A stretch of 64,000 nucleotides of DNA from Planctomycetota bacterium (lineage in GTDB: Bacteria > Planctomycetota > UBA8108 > JACQVS01), in the NCBI GenBank assembly GCA_041569895.1, contig JBFFXF010000001.1, positions 1,043-65,042 of the forward strand. The letters are read 5' to 3'. Below the pieces are notes generated by a model. That model had not been told where the DNA came from. It worked only from the letters and a program-made list of their open reading frames with translations, and made no database searches. Position numbers and translations under genes: made by a program. Shown in pieces: positions 54,170-63,379 of the stretch. Position 1 is the first letter of the stretch; each line of letters starts with the position of its first letter.

Positions 54170-55059
54170 CGCTCGAAGCTGACGCGGCAGGGCAGGCCGG
54201 GGACGAGGGGAGTCGTCTCGGGATTCGGGACCTCGAGGAGCACGCGGAACATGCCGGTGTCGACATCGACGAACGGGTCGACCCGCTTGACGCTCGACCG
54301 CGCCTCGAAGGGCTCCGGCAAGACCTCGAGGCGGATGGTCGCCGGGTGCCCGGGCTTCACACGGCCGAACATCGCCACCGGGAGAGCGACCACCGCGCGC
54401 AGCGGATGGACGCGGGCGATCTGCAGGATCCGTGAGCGGTTGTGCCGCGTGACCAGCTCTCCGGGAGAGAGAAAGCGGCGCACGACGACGCCGTCGATCG
54501 GGCTCGTGATGGTGCGCCGATTGAGCGCCGCCTTCGCCCTGTCGAGCTCGAGCTTCGCCAGCCGCGCGTTCTCCCTCGCCTCCTCGACCAGGACCTCCGC
54601 GAGGGCCTTCTCGGTGCGGCTCCTCTCGAGCTCCTCGTGGGAGATCAGTCCCTCGGCGTTGAGCTTCTCGTCGTTCGCGAGCTTCGCCGTGTCGAACGCC
54701 AGTCGCGCCTCGCGTCGCCGCAGCGTGGCCGTGCTCTCCGCTCGCGCCTCCGCGAGCCGCAGGCTGGCGCGATCGACTTCCGAGTGCAGCCGCGCGACGA
54801 CCTGTCCTTCATGGACGACGTCGCCGGGCTCGACCTCGACCGTCTCGAGCACGCCGCCGATGTCGGAGCCGATGTTGAGGGTCCGGGAGGCCTCGAGGAT
54901 GCCGACGAACTCGTTCGGCCCGGCCTGCTCTCCGCGGCTGTAGGCGTGACCCGACAGCGGTGGAAACAGGTCGTCGTCCTGTCCCTGGACGATGCCCGCC
55001 GACAGCGCCAGGAGCGCCCAGGTCAGTCTGATTCTCGTGATCCGCCTTATCGGACTCAC
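54163..55059 (-). CDS. HlyD-family periplasmic adaptor (membrane fusion protein), orphan
   Basis: Signal peptide, biotinyl-lipoyl-like VEVEPGDVVHEGQVVARL, coiled coil, beta-barrel C-terminus. The long upstream extension of the ORF is antisense to the histidine kinase gene and was discarded. Confidence 0.6.
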   Translation of the reverse strand: MSPIRRITRIRLTWALLALSAGIVQGQDDDLFPPLSGHAYSRGEQAGPNEFVGILEASRTLNIGSDIGGVLETVEVEPGDVVHEGQVVARLHSEVDRASLRLAEARAESTATLRRREARLAFDTAKLANDEKLNAEGLISHEELERSRTEKALAEVLVEEARENARLAKLELDRAKAALNRRTITSPIDGVVVRRFLSPGELVTRHNRSRILQIARVHPLRAVVALPVAMFGRVKPGHPATIRLEVLPEPFEARSSVKRVDPFVDVDTGMFRVLLEVPNPETTPLVPGLPCRVSFERQ

Positions 55060-55263
55060 CGCTCCGCCTCCTCCGATCGCTTTCGATGGAATGTCCCCAT
55101 TCTCATATCGTGCGTGCTCGCCCGCGCGCTTGAGACCATCGTGGACGCACCGCGCCGGGTGGAGCTTCAGGCGGTGGCTCTTCCGGCCGAACACATCGAG
55201 TACACCTTCTGGTTTTCTCCTGTGTGACTTCCCCGTGAAGGAAGCTCCGGGCAGCCGCCACCG

Positions 55264-57066
55264 ATGAGACGATTCTCTCCCGCGTTTCGACTCGCCTTCG
55301 GCCTCACCATGCTGAGCATCAGCCTGCTCCTCGCGGGCGACCTGCTCGGCGTCTTTCCCAGGTACTACGACCACCTGATCGGCTATCGGAAGAAGTTCTG
55401 CGAGTCCCTCGCGCTTCACTTCTCGCTCGCCGCCGAGCGGCGCGACGTCGGCTCGGTGCGACGCTTGCTCGAGGCGGTCGTCGAGCGCAACCCGGATGTC
55501 ATCGGGGCGACGATCGTGCGCTCGGACGGCCTCGTGGTGGCGCGCGCCGGCACGGTTCCAGAGTCGCTCCGGGCCGTGGATCCCGAGGGCGAGCCGAAGT
55601 CGAGCTCCGGCAAGGTGCGCGTTCCGATATACTACGGGCCGGCGCCGTGGGGCGCGGTGGACGTCCTCTTCGACGCGCCGTTCGGGACCGGCGTCCTCGG
55701 GCTGTGGCTCGGTCCGTTCGCGCGTCTCGCAGGCTTCCTGGCCCTGACCAGCTTCGGGGCCTACTTCCTCTTCCTGCGCAGGTCCCTGCGTCACCTCGAC
55801 CCCATGGCGGTGGTGCCGGCGCGTGTCCGGAGCACGCTGGACATCCTCGCAGAGGGCGTGATCCTGGTCGACCACACGGGCGTCATCGTGCTCGCCAACT
55901 CGAGCTTCGCCGAGATCGTCGGTGAGCCCGCGGAGGGACTGGTCGGGAGGGACGCTGGCGATTTCGACTGGGTGGCGAGCGCGGCGAGCCAGAAGAACGG
56001 ATTCCCCTGGCAGCAGGCGATATCCCACGGCAGCGTGCTGATCCGCGTCCCGCTCAAGCTCAGGGCGGGGAAGGGCACGCGCTCGCTGGCGGTGAACGCG
56101 TGTCCGATCCTCGGCGAGAGGGACAGGGTCCAGGGCGCGGTGGCCACGTTCGAGGACATGACGCGTGTCGAGCGGACGAACGACCAGTTGAGCCGCACCG
56201 TCACGCTCCTGAAGAAGTCACGCGATGAGGTCGACCGGAAGAACCGCGATCTCGAGGCGACCAACCGCCACATCGAGGCCAAGGTCGAAGAGCGCACGGC
56301 GGAGCTGCAGAGAAGCAAGGAGGAGGCCGAGGCGGCGAGCCGCGCGAAGTCGATCTTCCTCGCGAACATCTCGCACGAGCTGCGCACGCCGATGCACGCA
56401 GTGCTGAGCTTCTCGCAGTTCGGCATGCGCAAGATCGACAGCGCCGAAAAGGACAAGCTGCTCGGCTACTTCGAGAAGATCAACGACAGCGGAAAGAACT
56501 TGTTGACGCTTCTCGACGACCTCCTCGACCTCTCGAAGCTCCACGCCGGCAAGATGACCTACGACATGCAGGAAGCGGACATCATGGGCGTCGTCGATTC
56601 GGTGGTCTCGGAGCTGCAGCAGATGGCGGCCGCCAAGGCGATTCATGTCGACGTCGTCGAGCCGGACCTCGAGACCAGGCTCATCATCGATGAGTTCCGG
56701 ATCGCGCAGGTCGTCCGGAACGTCCTGGCGAACGCGATCAAGTTCTCGCGCGAGAAGGGCGTCATCATGATCTCCTTCGGCAGCGGCACGATCGAGATCG
56801 GCTCGCGCACGATCGACAGTCTGGAAGTCTCGGTCGCGGACGAGGGCATCGGGATCCCGCCGGAGGAGCTCGAGCAGATCTTCGAGCCCTTCACCCAGAG
56901 CGCGCGGACGGAGACCGGAGCGGGCGGCACCGGCCTCGGCCTGCCGATCTGTCGAGAGATCCTCAAGGCGCATCACGGCTGGATTCGCGCCCGCAACCGC
57001 GCCGAGAGGGGCGCGGTGGTGACGTTCGCCCTCCCGCTGGTCCCGATGCACGACCTCGCCCGCTGA
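55264..57066 (+). CDS. sensor histidine kinase (membrane sensor, PAS, HisKA, HATPase_c)
   Basis: H-box FLANISHELRTPMHAV, N-box VRNVLANAIKFS, G-boxes DEGIGIP and GGTGLGL. Confidence 0.85.
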   Translation: MRRFSPAFRLAFGLTMLSISLLLAGDLLGVFPRYYDHLIGYRKKFCESLALHFSLAAERRDVGSVRRLLEAVVERNPDVIGATIVRSDGLVVARAGTVPESLRAVDPEGEPKSSSGKVRVPIYYGPAPWGAVDVLFDAPFGTGVLGLWLGPFARLAGFLALTSFGAYFLFLRRSLRHLDPMAVVPARVRSTLDILAEGVILVDHTGVIVLANSSFAEIVGEPAEGLVGRDAGDFDWVASAASQKNGFPWQQAISHGSVLIRVPLKLRAGKGTRSLAVNACPILGERDRVQGAVATFEDMTRVERTNDQLSRTVTLLKKSRDEVDRKNRDLEATNRHIEAKVEERTAELQRSKEEAEAASRAKSIFLANISHELRTPMHAVLSFSQFGMRKIDSAEKDKLLGYFEKINDSGKNLLTLLDDLLDLSKLHAGKMTYDMQEADIMGVVDSVVSELQQMAAAKAIHVDVVEPDLETRLIIDEFRIAQVVRNVLANAIKFSREKGVIMISFGSGTIEIGSRTIDSLEVSVADEGIGIPPEELEQIFEPFTQSARTETGAGGTGLGLPICREILKAHHGWIRARNRAERGAVVTFALPLVPMHDLAR

Positions 57067-57095
57067 GGTCCGGGGGCCCGCCGGCTCCCGTCGTT

Positions 57096-57911
57096 TCACC
57101 CCTCCGACGTTCGTAATGTATTGAGAAACGCCTCGATCTTCTCGGCGTACTCGGGATCGACCCAGATCGGGTCGTTGTGGTCGGCGCCGCGCACGACGAG
57201 CCACTCCTTCGGCTCCGGCGCGGCCTCGAACAGCGCGCGGCCGAGGCGCATCGGGATGATGGTGTCGCGCTCGCCGTGGATCATCAGCAGCGGGCAACGG
57301 AGGCGCTCGATCCGCGCGCGACACTCGAAACGGTCCCACATCATGAGACGGACGGGGAGAAACGGATAGGCGCTGGCGGCGATGTCGACCGCGGACGTGA
57401 AGCCCGACTGCAGGATCAGTCCGGCGGGCGGGTGGCGCACTGCGAGCTCGACGGCGACGCCGCATCCGAGCGACTCGCCGAGGTAGACGAGTGCTCCGGG
57501 CGCCCGCGCCGCGAGCCACGCGACGGTCGCATCGGCGTCGCGGAAGAGCCCGCGCTCGGTGGGGGCGCCGCCGCTGCCGCCGTAGCCGCGGTAGTCGAGG
57601 CAGAAGACGCCGAACCCGAGATCGTGGAGTTGCACCATCCACGGCAGTCGGTTGCCGCGGTGCCCGGCGTTGCCGTGAAAGATGACGATCGTCGGCGGCC
57701 GCGCCCCGGGCCAGTGCCACGCGGCGAGTCGCACACCGTCGGCGGTGACGAGCTCGACCTCCTCGAGGCCGCGGAACCGCTCGCCGGCGGGAAGCGGTAC
57801 CGGTGAACGGTCGGGGAAGTACTGGAGTTGCCGCTGGAGGAAGAAGGCAAACGCGGTCAGGGCGCCGTAGATCAGAACCGCCCCCAGGAGGAGGCGCAAG
57901 AGAAGGTCCAT
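57096..57911 (-). CDS. alpha/beta-fold hydrolase
   Basis: HGNAG oxyanion motif, GESLG nucleophile elbow, catalytic His near the C-terminus. N-terminal TM helix. Confidence 0.75.
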   Translation of the reverse strand: MDLLLRLLLGAVLIYGALTAFAFFLQRQLQYFPDRSPVPLPAGERFRGLEEVELVTADGVRLAAWHWPGARPPTIVIFHGNAGHRGNRLPWMVQLHDLGFGVFCLDYRGYGGSGGAPTERGLFRDADATVAWLAARAPGALVYLGESLGCGVAVELAVRHPPAGLILQSGFTSAVDIAASAYPFLPVRLMMWDRFECRARIERLRCPLLMIHGERDTIIPMRLGRALFEAAPEPKEWLVVRGADHNDPIWVDPEYAEKIEAFLNTLRTSEG

Positions 57912-58156
57912 CGAGGGATACCTGGAGAGCTCACGCGTCGGTGTCGGGGCCTGTTCCGAGGTCCTCGCCGGTCGAGTGGCGCATGTGGTACTCGAGCGTG
58001 CCGGCGATTTCAAGGCCGACCGCACCGCTCCACGCCGCTTGTCTTGCGTCCGCCGGTGCCGGTAGAATCGGCTCGCTGTCGGACGACCGACGGTAAATAA
58101 AGAACCTCAGGGGCTCGGAAAGAGAGCCAGGGAACCCGAAAGACGCGGGAGGCGAC

Positions 58157-59458
58157 ATGAATCACCCTGCACCGGACCGCACGACGACGCGACGCGACTT
58201 CCTGCAGCGGGGCCTGGCGGCGGGCGCCCTGGTCGCCGCCCCGGCTCTCCTTCGCGGTGGACCGCCTCCCTCGGAGCGGGTGCGGGTCGGGCACATCGGG
58301 CTCGGCGGACGCGGCAGCTCGCTCCTGGCGCAGTCCCTGAAGACCTCCGACGTCGATGTCCTCGCGGTGTGCGATGTCGATCGGAGCCACCTCGACCGCG
58401 CCGTCGCCAGCGTCGGCAAGGGCGCGGCGGCGACCACCGACTACCGGAGGGTGCTCGATCGCGGCGACATCGACGCGGTGATCGTCGCCACCCCCGACCA
58501 CTGGCACGCCCTCGTCACGATCCAGGCGTGCGCCGCCGGCAAGGACGTCTACGTCGAGAAGCCCCTCTGCACCTTCGTGGCGGAGGGACGCCAGATGGTC
58601 GACGTTGCGCGCAAGCACGGTCGCATGGTGCAGGTCGGCATCAACCATCGCTCCGCGGAGTACATTCGCGAGATCGTCGAGATCATCCGCTCCGGCCGCA
58701 TCGGCAAGGTCTCCGAGGTGAAGACCTGGATGTGGGAGAATCGGTTCAAGAAGCGGACCGCGCCCTCGGCGCCTCCGGCGCACCTCGATTACGATCGCTG
58801 GCTCGGCCCGGCTCCGCGCGTGCCGTACCACCCCGACCGCGTCCACTTCAACTTCCGCTGGTGTCTCGACTACGCCGGCGGCTACATGACCGACTGGGGC
58901 GTCCACATGATGAACGTCGTGACGTTCGCGATGGACGTCGATCACAAGGGGCCGAAATCCGTCCGGGCGACCGGCCGTCCCTACGACGACAACCTCTACG
59001 ACTTCCCGCGCACCATGGAGGCGCGCTGGGAGTTCGAGGACCCCGGCTTCACGCTGACGTGGACGCAACCGGCGACCGGTGGCGACGTCCTCCCGGGAGA
59101 GCGCTACGGCATGACGTTCTACGGCGAGGCGGGGCAGCTGCGGACGAAGTTCGGCGGGCACGCCTTCTGGGTCGACGGCAAGGAGGCGCCGCTGCCCGAG
59201 CCGGCGCGCACCGTCGACGTGCCGCGCAGTCCGGGGCACTTCCGCGACTGGCTCGACTCGATCCGGTCACGAGAGCTGCCGATCGCCGACGTCGAGATCG
59301 GCCACCGCACGACCGCGCTCTGCGTCCTCGGAAACATCGCGCTCTTCACCGGTCGTCCCCTCGAGTGGGACTGGAAGCGCGAGCGTTTCATCGACGACCG
59401 TCACGCCGACGCGATGCTGGGTCGCGACGACCGCGAGCCGTACCGGCGCCCCTCGTGA
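58157..59458 (+). CDS. Gfo/Idh/MocA-family NAD(P)-dependent oxidoreductase, Tat-secreted
   Basis: Twin-arginine signal TRRDFLQRGLAAGA. Rossmann VGHIGLGGRG and EKP motifs. Confidence 0.85.
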   Translation: MNHPAPDRTTTRRDFLQRGLAAGALVAAPALLRGGPPPSERVRVGHIGLGGRGSSLLAQSLKTSDVDVLAVCDVDRSHLDRAVASVGKGAAATTDYRRVLDRGDIDAVIVATPDHWHALVTIQACAAGKDVYVEKPLCTFVAEGRQMVDVARKHGRMVQVGINHRSAEYIREIVEIIRSGRIGKVSEVKTWMWENRFKKRTAPSAPPAHLDYDRWLGPAPRVPYHPDRVHFNFRWCLDYAGGYMTDWGVHMMNVVTFAMDVDHKGPKSVRATGRPYDDNLYDFPRTMEARWEFEDPGFTLTWTQPATGGDVLPGERYGMTFYGEAGQLRTKFGGHAFWVDGKEAPLPEPARTVDVPRSPGHFRDWLDSIRSRELPIADVEIGHRTTALCVLGNIALFTGRPLEWDWKRERFIDDRHADAMLGRDDREPYRRPS

Positions 59459-60792
59459 TCCGCCAGGCGGCGAGCGTCGTCCTCTGGCGCGACCGCGGCG
59501 CTCTCGAGGTGTTTCTCGTCGAGCGCGCCCGGCGTCTGGCCTTCTTCGGCGGCTACCACGCATTCCCCGGCGGCGCCATCGAGCCGGGTGATGTCGACCT
59601 GCAAGCGTGCGCCGTGCGCGAGGTACGCGAGGAGACCGGCGTGCGACTCGATCCCGCCGCGCTGCGACCGATCACGCGTCTGGTCACGCCGTGCTTCTCG
59701 CGAGTGCGCTTCGACACGCGCTTCTTCCTCGCGAGGACCGACCGCGAGCCACGAGTCACCGGCGGCGAGCTCGCCGCGGGAGCGTGGCGAAGACCCGCCG
59801 ACGTGATGGCCGCCTGGCGTCGCGGCGACCTGTTGCTCGCGCCGCCGGCGATCGCCGTCCTGCGCGAGCTCGAGCGCGCCGGGGACGACCTCGACACGGC
59901 GGTCGACGCGCTCTCGGCGCTGCCGCCCGAGTACGAGGGCTCGGGTCTGGCGATCCCCTGGACCGCGGGCTACGAGCTCCTCCCGCTGCGCTGCGAGCCG
60001 CTGCCGCCCGAGCTGCCGATGAGCACGATGCTCGTCGGCTGGAACCGCTTCATCGTCATCGACCCTGGAACGCAGGGAGCCGCCGAGCGCGAGCACCTCA
60101 TCGAGGCGGTGGGCCGCCGCATCGACTCGGACGACCGTCTCGAGGCCATCGTCCTGACCCATCACCACGTCGACCATGTCGCCGCGCTCGACCCGCTCCT
60201 CGAGCGGTTCCCCGCGCCGGTCTGGGCCCACCGGATCACCGGCGAGCTGCTCTCTCTCGCGCTCGATCGCGAGCTCGACGACGGCGACCGCATCGAGCTC
60301 GGCGACGACCCGGCTGGCGAGCCGGGATGGGAGCTCGAGTGCGTCTTCACGCCGGGACACGCCGCCGGTCACCCGGCGCTGCACGACCCGAGACATCGCG
60401 CGCTCGTCGCCGGTGACCTCGTCTCGACCGCCGTGAGCATGTACGTCGGCTCGCCGGGCGGGCATCTCGGCACCTACTTCGAGTCGCTCGAACGCATCCG
60501 CGCGCTCGACGCGGCGATCCTCTATCCGTCACACGGCATGCCGACGATCAGCGCCCGCCAGCTGATCGATCGCACCATCAAACATCGCAAGGCGCGCCTC
60601 GACGAGATCGAGCGCCTGGTCGCGGAGCGGGGGGAGATCGACGTCCCGACCGTGGCGGCGACGGTGTACCAGGACGTCCCGCCGCGGTTCGAGGACTTTT
60701 ACCATCGGGCCGCGAGAGCGTCGCTCGAGTATCTGGTCGAGACGGGGAGGGTCGTCGCAGCAGGTGCCGACCGCTTCAGGCCGACAGACTGA
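59455..60792 (+). CDS. Nudix hydrolase fused to MBL-fold metallo-hydrolase
   Basis: Nudix box GGAIEPGDVDLQACAVREVREETG. THHHVDHV beta-lactamase-fold motif plus downstream His/Asp. GTG start overlapping the upstream TGA (GTGA). Confidence 0.7.
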   Translation: MIRQAASVVLWRDRGALEVFLVERARRLAFFGGYHAFPGGAIEPGDVDLQACAVREVREETGVRLDPAALRPITRLVTPCFSRVRFDTRFFLARTDREPRVTGGELAAGAWRRPADVMAAWRRGDLLLAPPAIAVLRELERAGDDLDTAVDALSALPPEYEGSGLAIPWTAGYELLPLRCEPLPPELPMSTMLVGWNRFIVIDPGTQGAAEREHLIEAVGRRIDSDDRLEAIVLTHHHVDHVAALDPLLERFPAPVWAHRITGELLSLALDRELDDGDRIELGDDPAGEPGWELECVFTPGHAAGHPALHDPRHRALVAGDLVSTAVSMYVGSPGGHLGTYFESLERIRALDAAILYPSHGMPTISARQLIDRTIKHRKARLDEIERLVAERGEIDVPTVAATVYQDVPPRFEDFYHRAARASLEYLVETGRVVAAGADRFRPTD

Positions 60793-60829
60793 CCGCGGTT
60801 CCCTGGGCTGTCCTCGGTGTGCTCGTGCC

Positions 60830-61230
60830 ATCGTTTCAAAAACGTACCCGTACCCGTACCCGTTCCCGTTCCCGTTCCCGTCCCCGTGCCCGCGCCCGTC
60901 CCCGTGCCCGCGCCCGTGCCCGTGCCCGTTCCCGTCCTCGAGGGCTCTGGTATCGGAGTCCGATGACCGACTCCGATACCGATGGCCGATACCGATACCG
61001 ATTCCGAGGACAGAGATCAGAGTCCGTTGATGGAGACCGCGCTCGAGACAGACGCGCTGACCGCTTCTTGCTTCAATCTGCGTAATCTGCGTTCCCGTCC
61101 CCGTCGGACTTCGGCCGCGCCTTCGAGACCGAGGATGAGACCGAGGACGAGGACGAGGACGAGGACGAAAGAAAACGGAGCGAGCTGGCAAATGCCGGCT
61201 CGCTCCGTGGTCTCGCAACGATCGCCCTTA
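60830..61230. repeat. composite intergenic hexamer-repeat element: (CCCGTN)n, (CCGATN)n, GAGGACAGAGATCAGAG module, TTCAATCTGCGTAATCTGCGTTCCC core, (GAGGAC)n
   Basis: Direct reading. Convergent spacer between the Nudix-MBL gene and the large secreted protein gene. Confidence 0.8.
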
Positions 61231-61238
61231 CCCGACGA

Positions 61239-63251
61239 TCAACGACACGCGCGAGGCTGATCGCACCCGATCGTGCTGTCGGATTCGAGAGTCCCCGCGC
61301 TGCAGCCCGGGTAGGGGGCGACCGGCTGCGGGCCGCCGAGGAAGAGGAAGTTGAGGAGGTAGCTCGCGTCGGAGACGTCGACCGCGCCGTCGCCGTTCGG
61401 GTTGGCGGCGGCCTTGCAGGACGGCTCGCCGCCGCCGAGGAAGAGCCAGTTGAGCAGGAAGCTGGCGTCCGAGATATCGGTGCCACCGTCGCCGTTGGTG
61501 TCGCCGCGAGTGAAGGTGCCGCCGGCCCGGACGACGATCGGCGAGCCGCCGATGTCCTCGAAGCCGCCGAGCGTGAACTGCGCCTCGTCCTCGTCGTCGA
61601 GGAAGTTCAGGTCGACGAGCTTGACCAGGTCGCTGGTGAGCGACTTGGTGATCTGCACCGCGGCGAACTCGCCGGCCAGGCCCGCTGCGTCGGCCACCAT
61701 GCCCTCGAGTTTGAGCGCGAACACCTTGCCCTCGATGGCGGGGTCGAGCACCAGGTCGGTGTCGTTCGTGAAGACGTTCTCCGCGAGCGAGTAGATCGGC
61801 TCGACGGCGAGCTCGCCGCCGGGGTGGACCACCTTGAGGTCGACGCCACAGGGGATGGTCTTCGACAGCACTTCGTGGAACTTGCCGGACCCCGGGAAGG
61901 TCTCGACCGTCGTCGGCTGGCTGAAGTTGAGCTCGACGACGAGCCGCGGCTCGAAGGAGATCTCCTTGCGGATGCCGAAGAAGTTGGCGCTGTCGACGTC
62001 GAGGACGTTGCCCTCGACGGACAGGAGCGGCCCGACGACCGGGAAGTTGCCGAGCTTCGCCTCGATGCCGAGCGGCGTCGCCCACGCGGCGGCGGTGAGG
62101 ACGTCGAGGTCGAGGTCGAAGCGTCCGAAATCGGCGTCCTGGATGCCGTTCTCGAGCCGCCCCCAGTTGAACAGCGGGCGCTCGCCGGCGGAGACGAAGT
62201 TGGTGATCCTCTGGCCGTCGAACGAGCCGTTGATGCCGAGCCCGTCGAAGCCCGGCGCCACCGGCGTGTCGAGCTCGGGGAAGTAGAGGCCGACGTCGAG
62301 GAGCGGCAAGCCGACGCCGATCGCGCCGCCCTCGACGATCGGGATCGAGTAGCTGTACTCGACGCCCTCGTCGATGACGATGAAGTCCTCGCCGAGGAGC
62401 CGCAGCCGCAGCCCGTCGGTGCCGATCCGGGCCCCGATCAGCTCCTGGTGGTCCTCGCCGTCCGTGTCCTGGTTGAAGATCCGGAGGCGCTCCTCGACCT
62501 GCGAGCCGTCATCGAAGTTCGGATACGCGGCGCGCATCTCGAGCTTCGCGGCGGCGTCGAGGAAGGTGTCGATGAAGGCGTCGACGTAGGGGAACTCGGA
62601 CTCGAGACGCACGTCACCGGCGATCTCGGATGTCCGCAGCGTGAAGACCTCACCGGGCTGGACGTCCCCCTCGAGCACCTCGAGGATCGCCTCGGTGGGG
62701 TACTCGACGTTGACCGTGCCCTCGTCGACGGTGACGCCGCCTCCGACACCCCAGAGAATATGGAAGTCCCAGGCGACCTCGGCGCCGACGTCGAAGGGTC
62801 GCGTGATGGCACCGGCGGGCCGGGCACCGATGCCGTTGATGCGCTTGATCGTGACGCCGAGGATCGACAGCGTCACGCCGTTGATGCACTGGCTGCGCGT
62901 CGGGGAGATGCATCGCCTGCCGATGGGAAAGCCGAAGTCATGGCAGTACTCGGCGCTGTCGCAACGTCGGACGGCCTCTTCCCAGATCTGCACCGCCCTG
63001 CTGTTGTCGAGCTCGACGTCGATGTGGCGGATCTGGCCCTTCGAGCCGATCTCTCCCTCGTCGAGGACGACGGCGCGGAAGGGCTTCGTCCTCTCGCCGC
63101 CCCGCGGGCCCCAGAGGCTCTGGCCGGAGGTGGCGAAGAAGAGCGGCTGGCGCACCGAGATCGTCTCGGCGCGGGTGACGGCCGGAAGGACGAGCGCGAG
63201 CACGAGCGCCGCGCTCGCGACGGCGGCGGACTCCCTGGTGCGGCGGTTCAT
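61239..63251 (-). CDS. large secreted protein with C-terminal dockerin-like EF-hand pair
   Basis: Signal peptide (MNRRTRESAAVASAALVLALVLPAVTRA). C-terminal GDTNGDGGTDISDASFLLNWLFLGG and NPNGDGAVDVSDASYLLNFLFLGG followed by a Cys-rich tail. ATG at 63249-63251. Confidence 0.7.
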   Translation of the reverse strand: MNRRTRESAAVASAALVLALVLPAVTRAETISVRQPLFFATSGQSLWGPRGGERTKPFRAVVLDEGEIGSKGQIRHIDVELDNSRAVQIWEEAVRRCDSAEYCHDFGFPIGRRCISPTRSQCINGVTLSILGVTIKRINGIGARPAGAITRPFDVGAEVAWDFHILWGVGGGVTVDEGTVNVEYPTEAILEVLEGDVQPGEVFTLRTSEIAGDVRLESEFPYVDAFIDTFLDAAAKLEMRAAYPNFDDGSQVEERLRIFNQDTDGEDHQELIGARIGTDGLRLRLLGEDFIVIDEGVEYSYSIPIVEGGAIGVGLPLLDVGLYFPELDTPVAPGFDGLGINGSFDGQRITNFVSAGERPLFNWGRLENGIQDADFGRFDLDLDVLTAAAWATPLGIEAKLGNFPVVGPLLSVEGNVLDVDSANFFGIRKEISFEPRLVVELNFSQPTTVETFPGSGKFHEVLSKTIPCGVDLKVVHPGGELAVEPIYSLAENVFTNDTDLVLDPAIEGKVFALKLEGMVADAAGLAGEFAAVQITKSLTSDLVKLVDLNFLDDEDEAQFTLGGFEDIGGSPIVVRAGGTFTRGDTNGDGGTDISDASFLLNWLFLGGGEPSCKAAANPNGDGAVDVSDASYLLNFLFLGGPQPVAPYPGCSAGTLESDSTIGCDQPRACR

Positions 63252-63379
63252 GGGACTCTCCTGGATAGAGGTGGTTGCTCCGTCGAGCCCGGCGACGATC
63301 GCCTGCTGCTCTATCCAGGGACACGAGATCCGCGCACGAGGGCTGCAGAGAAAAAGCGCCGCGGCGGGCGATTCCTCTC

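Noticed and set aside
55060-56028. Upstream two-thirds of the 621-aa minus ORF containing the HlyD-like gene
   Set aside because: Antisense to the clearly real histidine kinase gene (H, N and G boxes). The adaptor begins at an internal GTG with a signal peptide.
58369-59454. Long plus-strand frame upstream of the Nudix-MBL gene
   Set aside because: Overlaps the Gfo/Idh/MocA oxidoreductase gene in a different frame. The Nudix-MBL start was assigned to GTG 59455.
17226-61230. Possibility that the short-period repeat arrays are CRISPR arrays
   Set aside because: Units are 6-7 bp with no unique spacers of 25-40 bp, no leader and no cas genes in the window.
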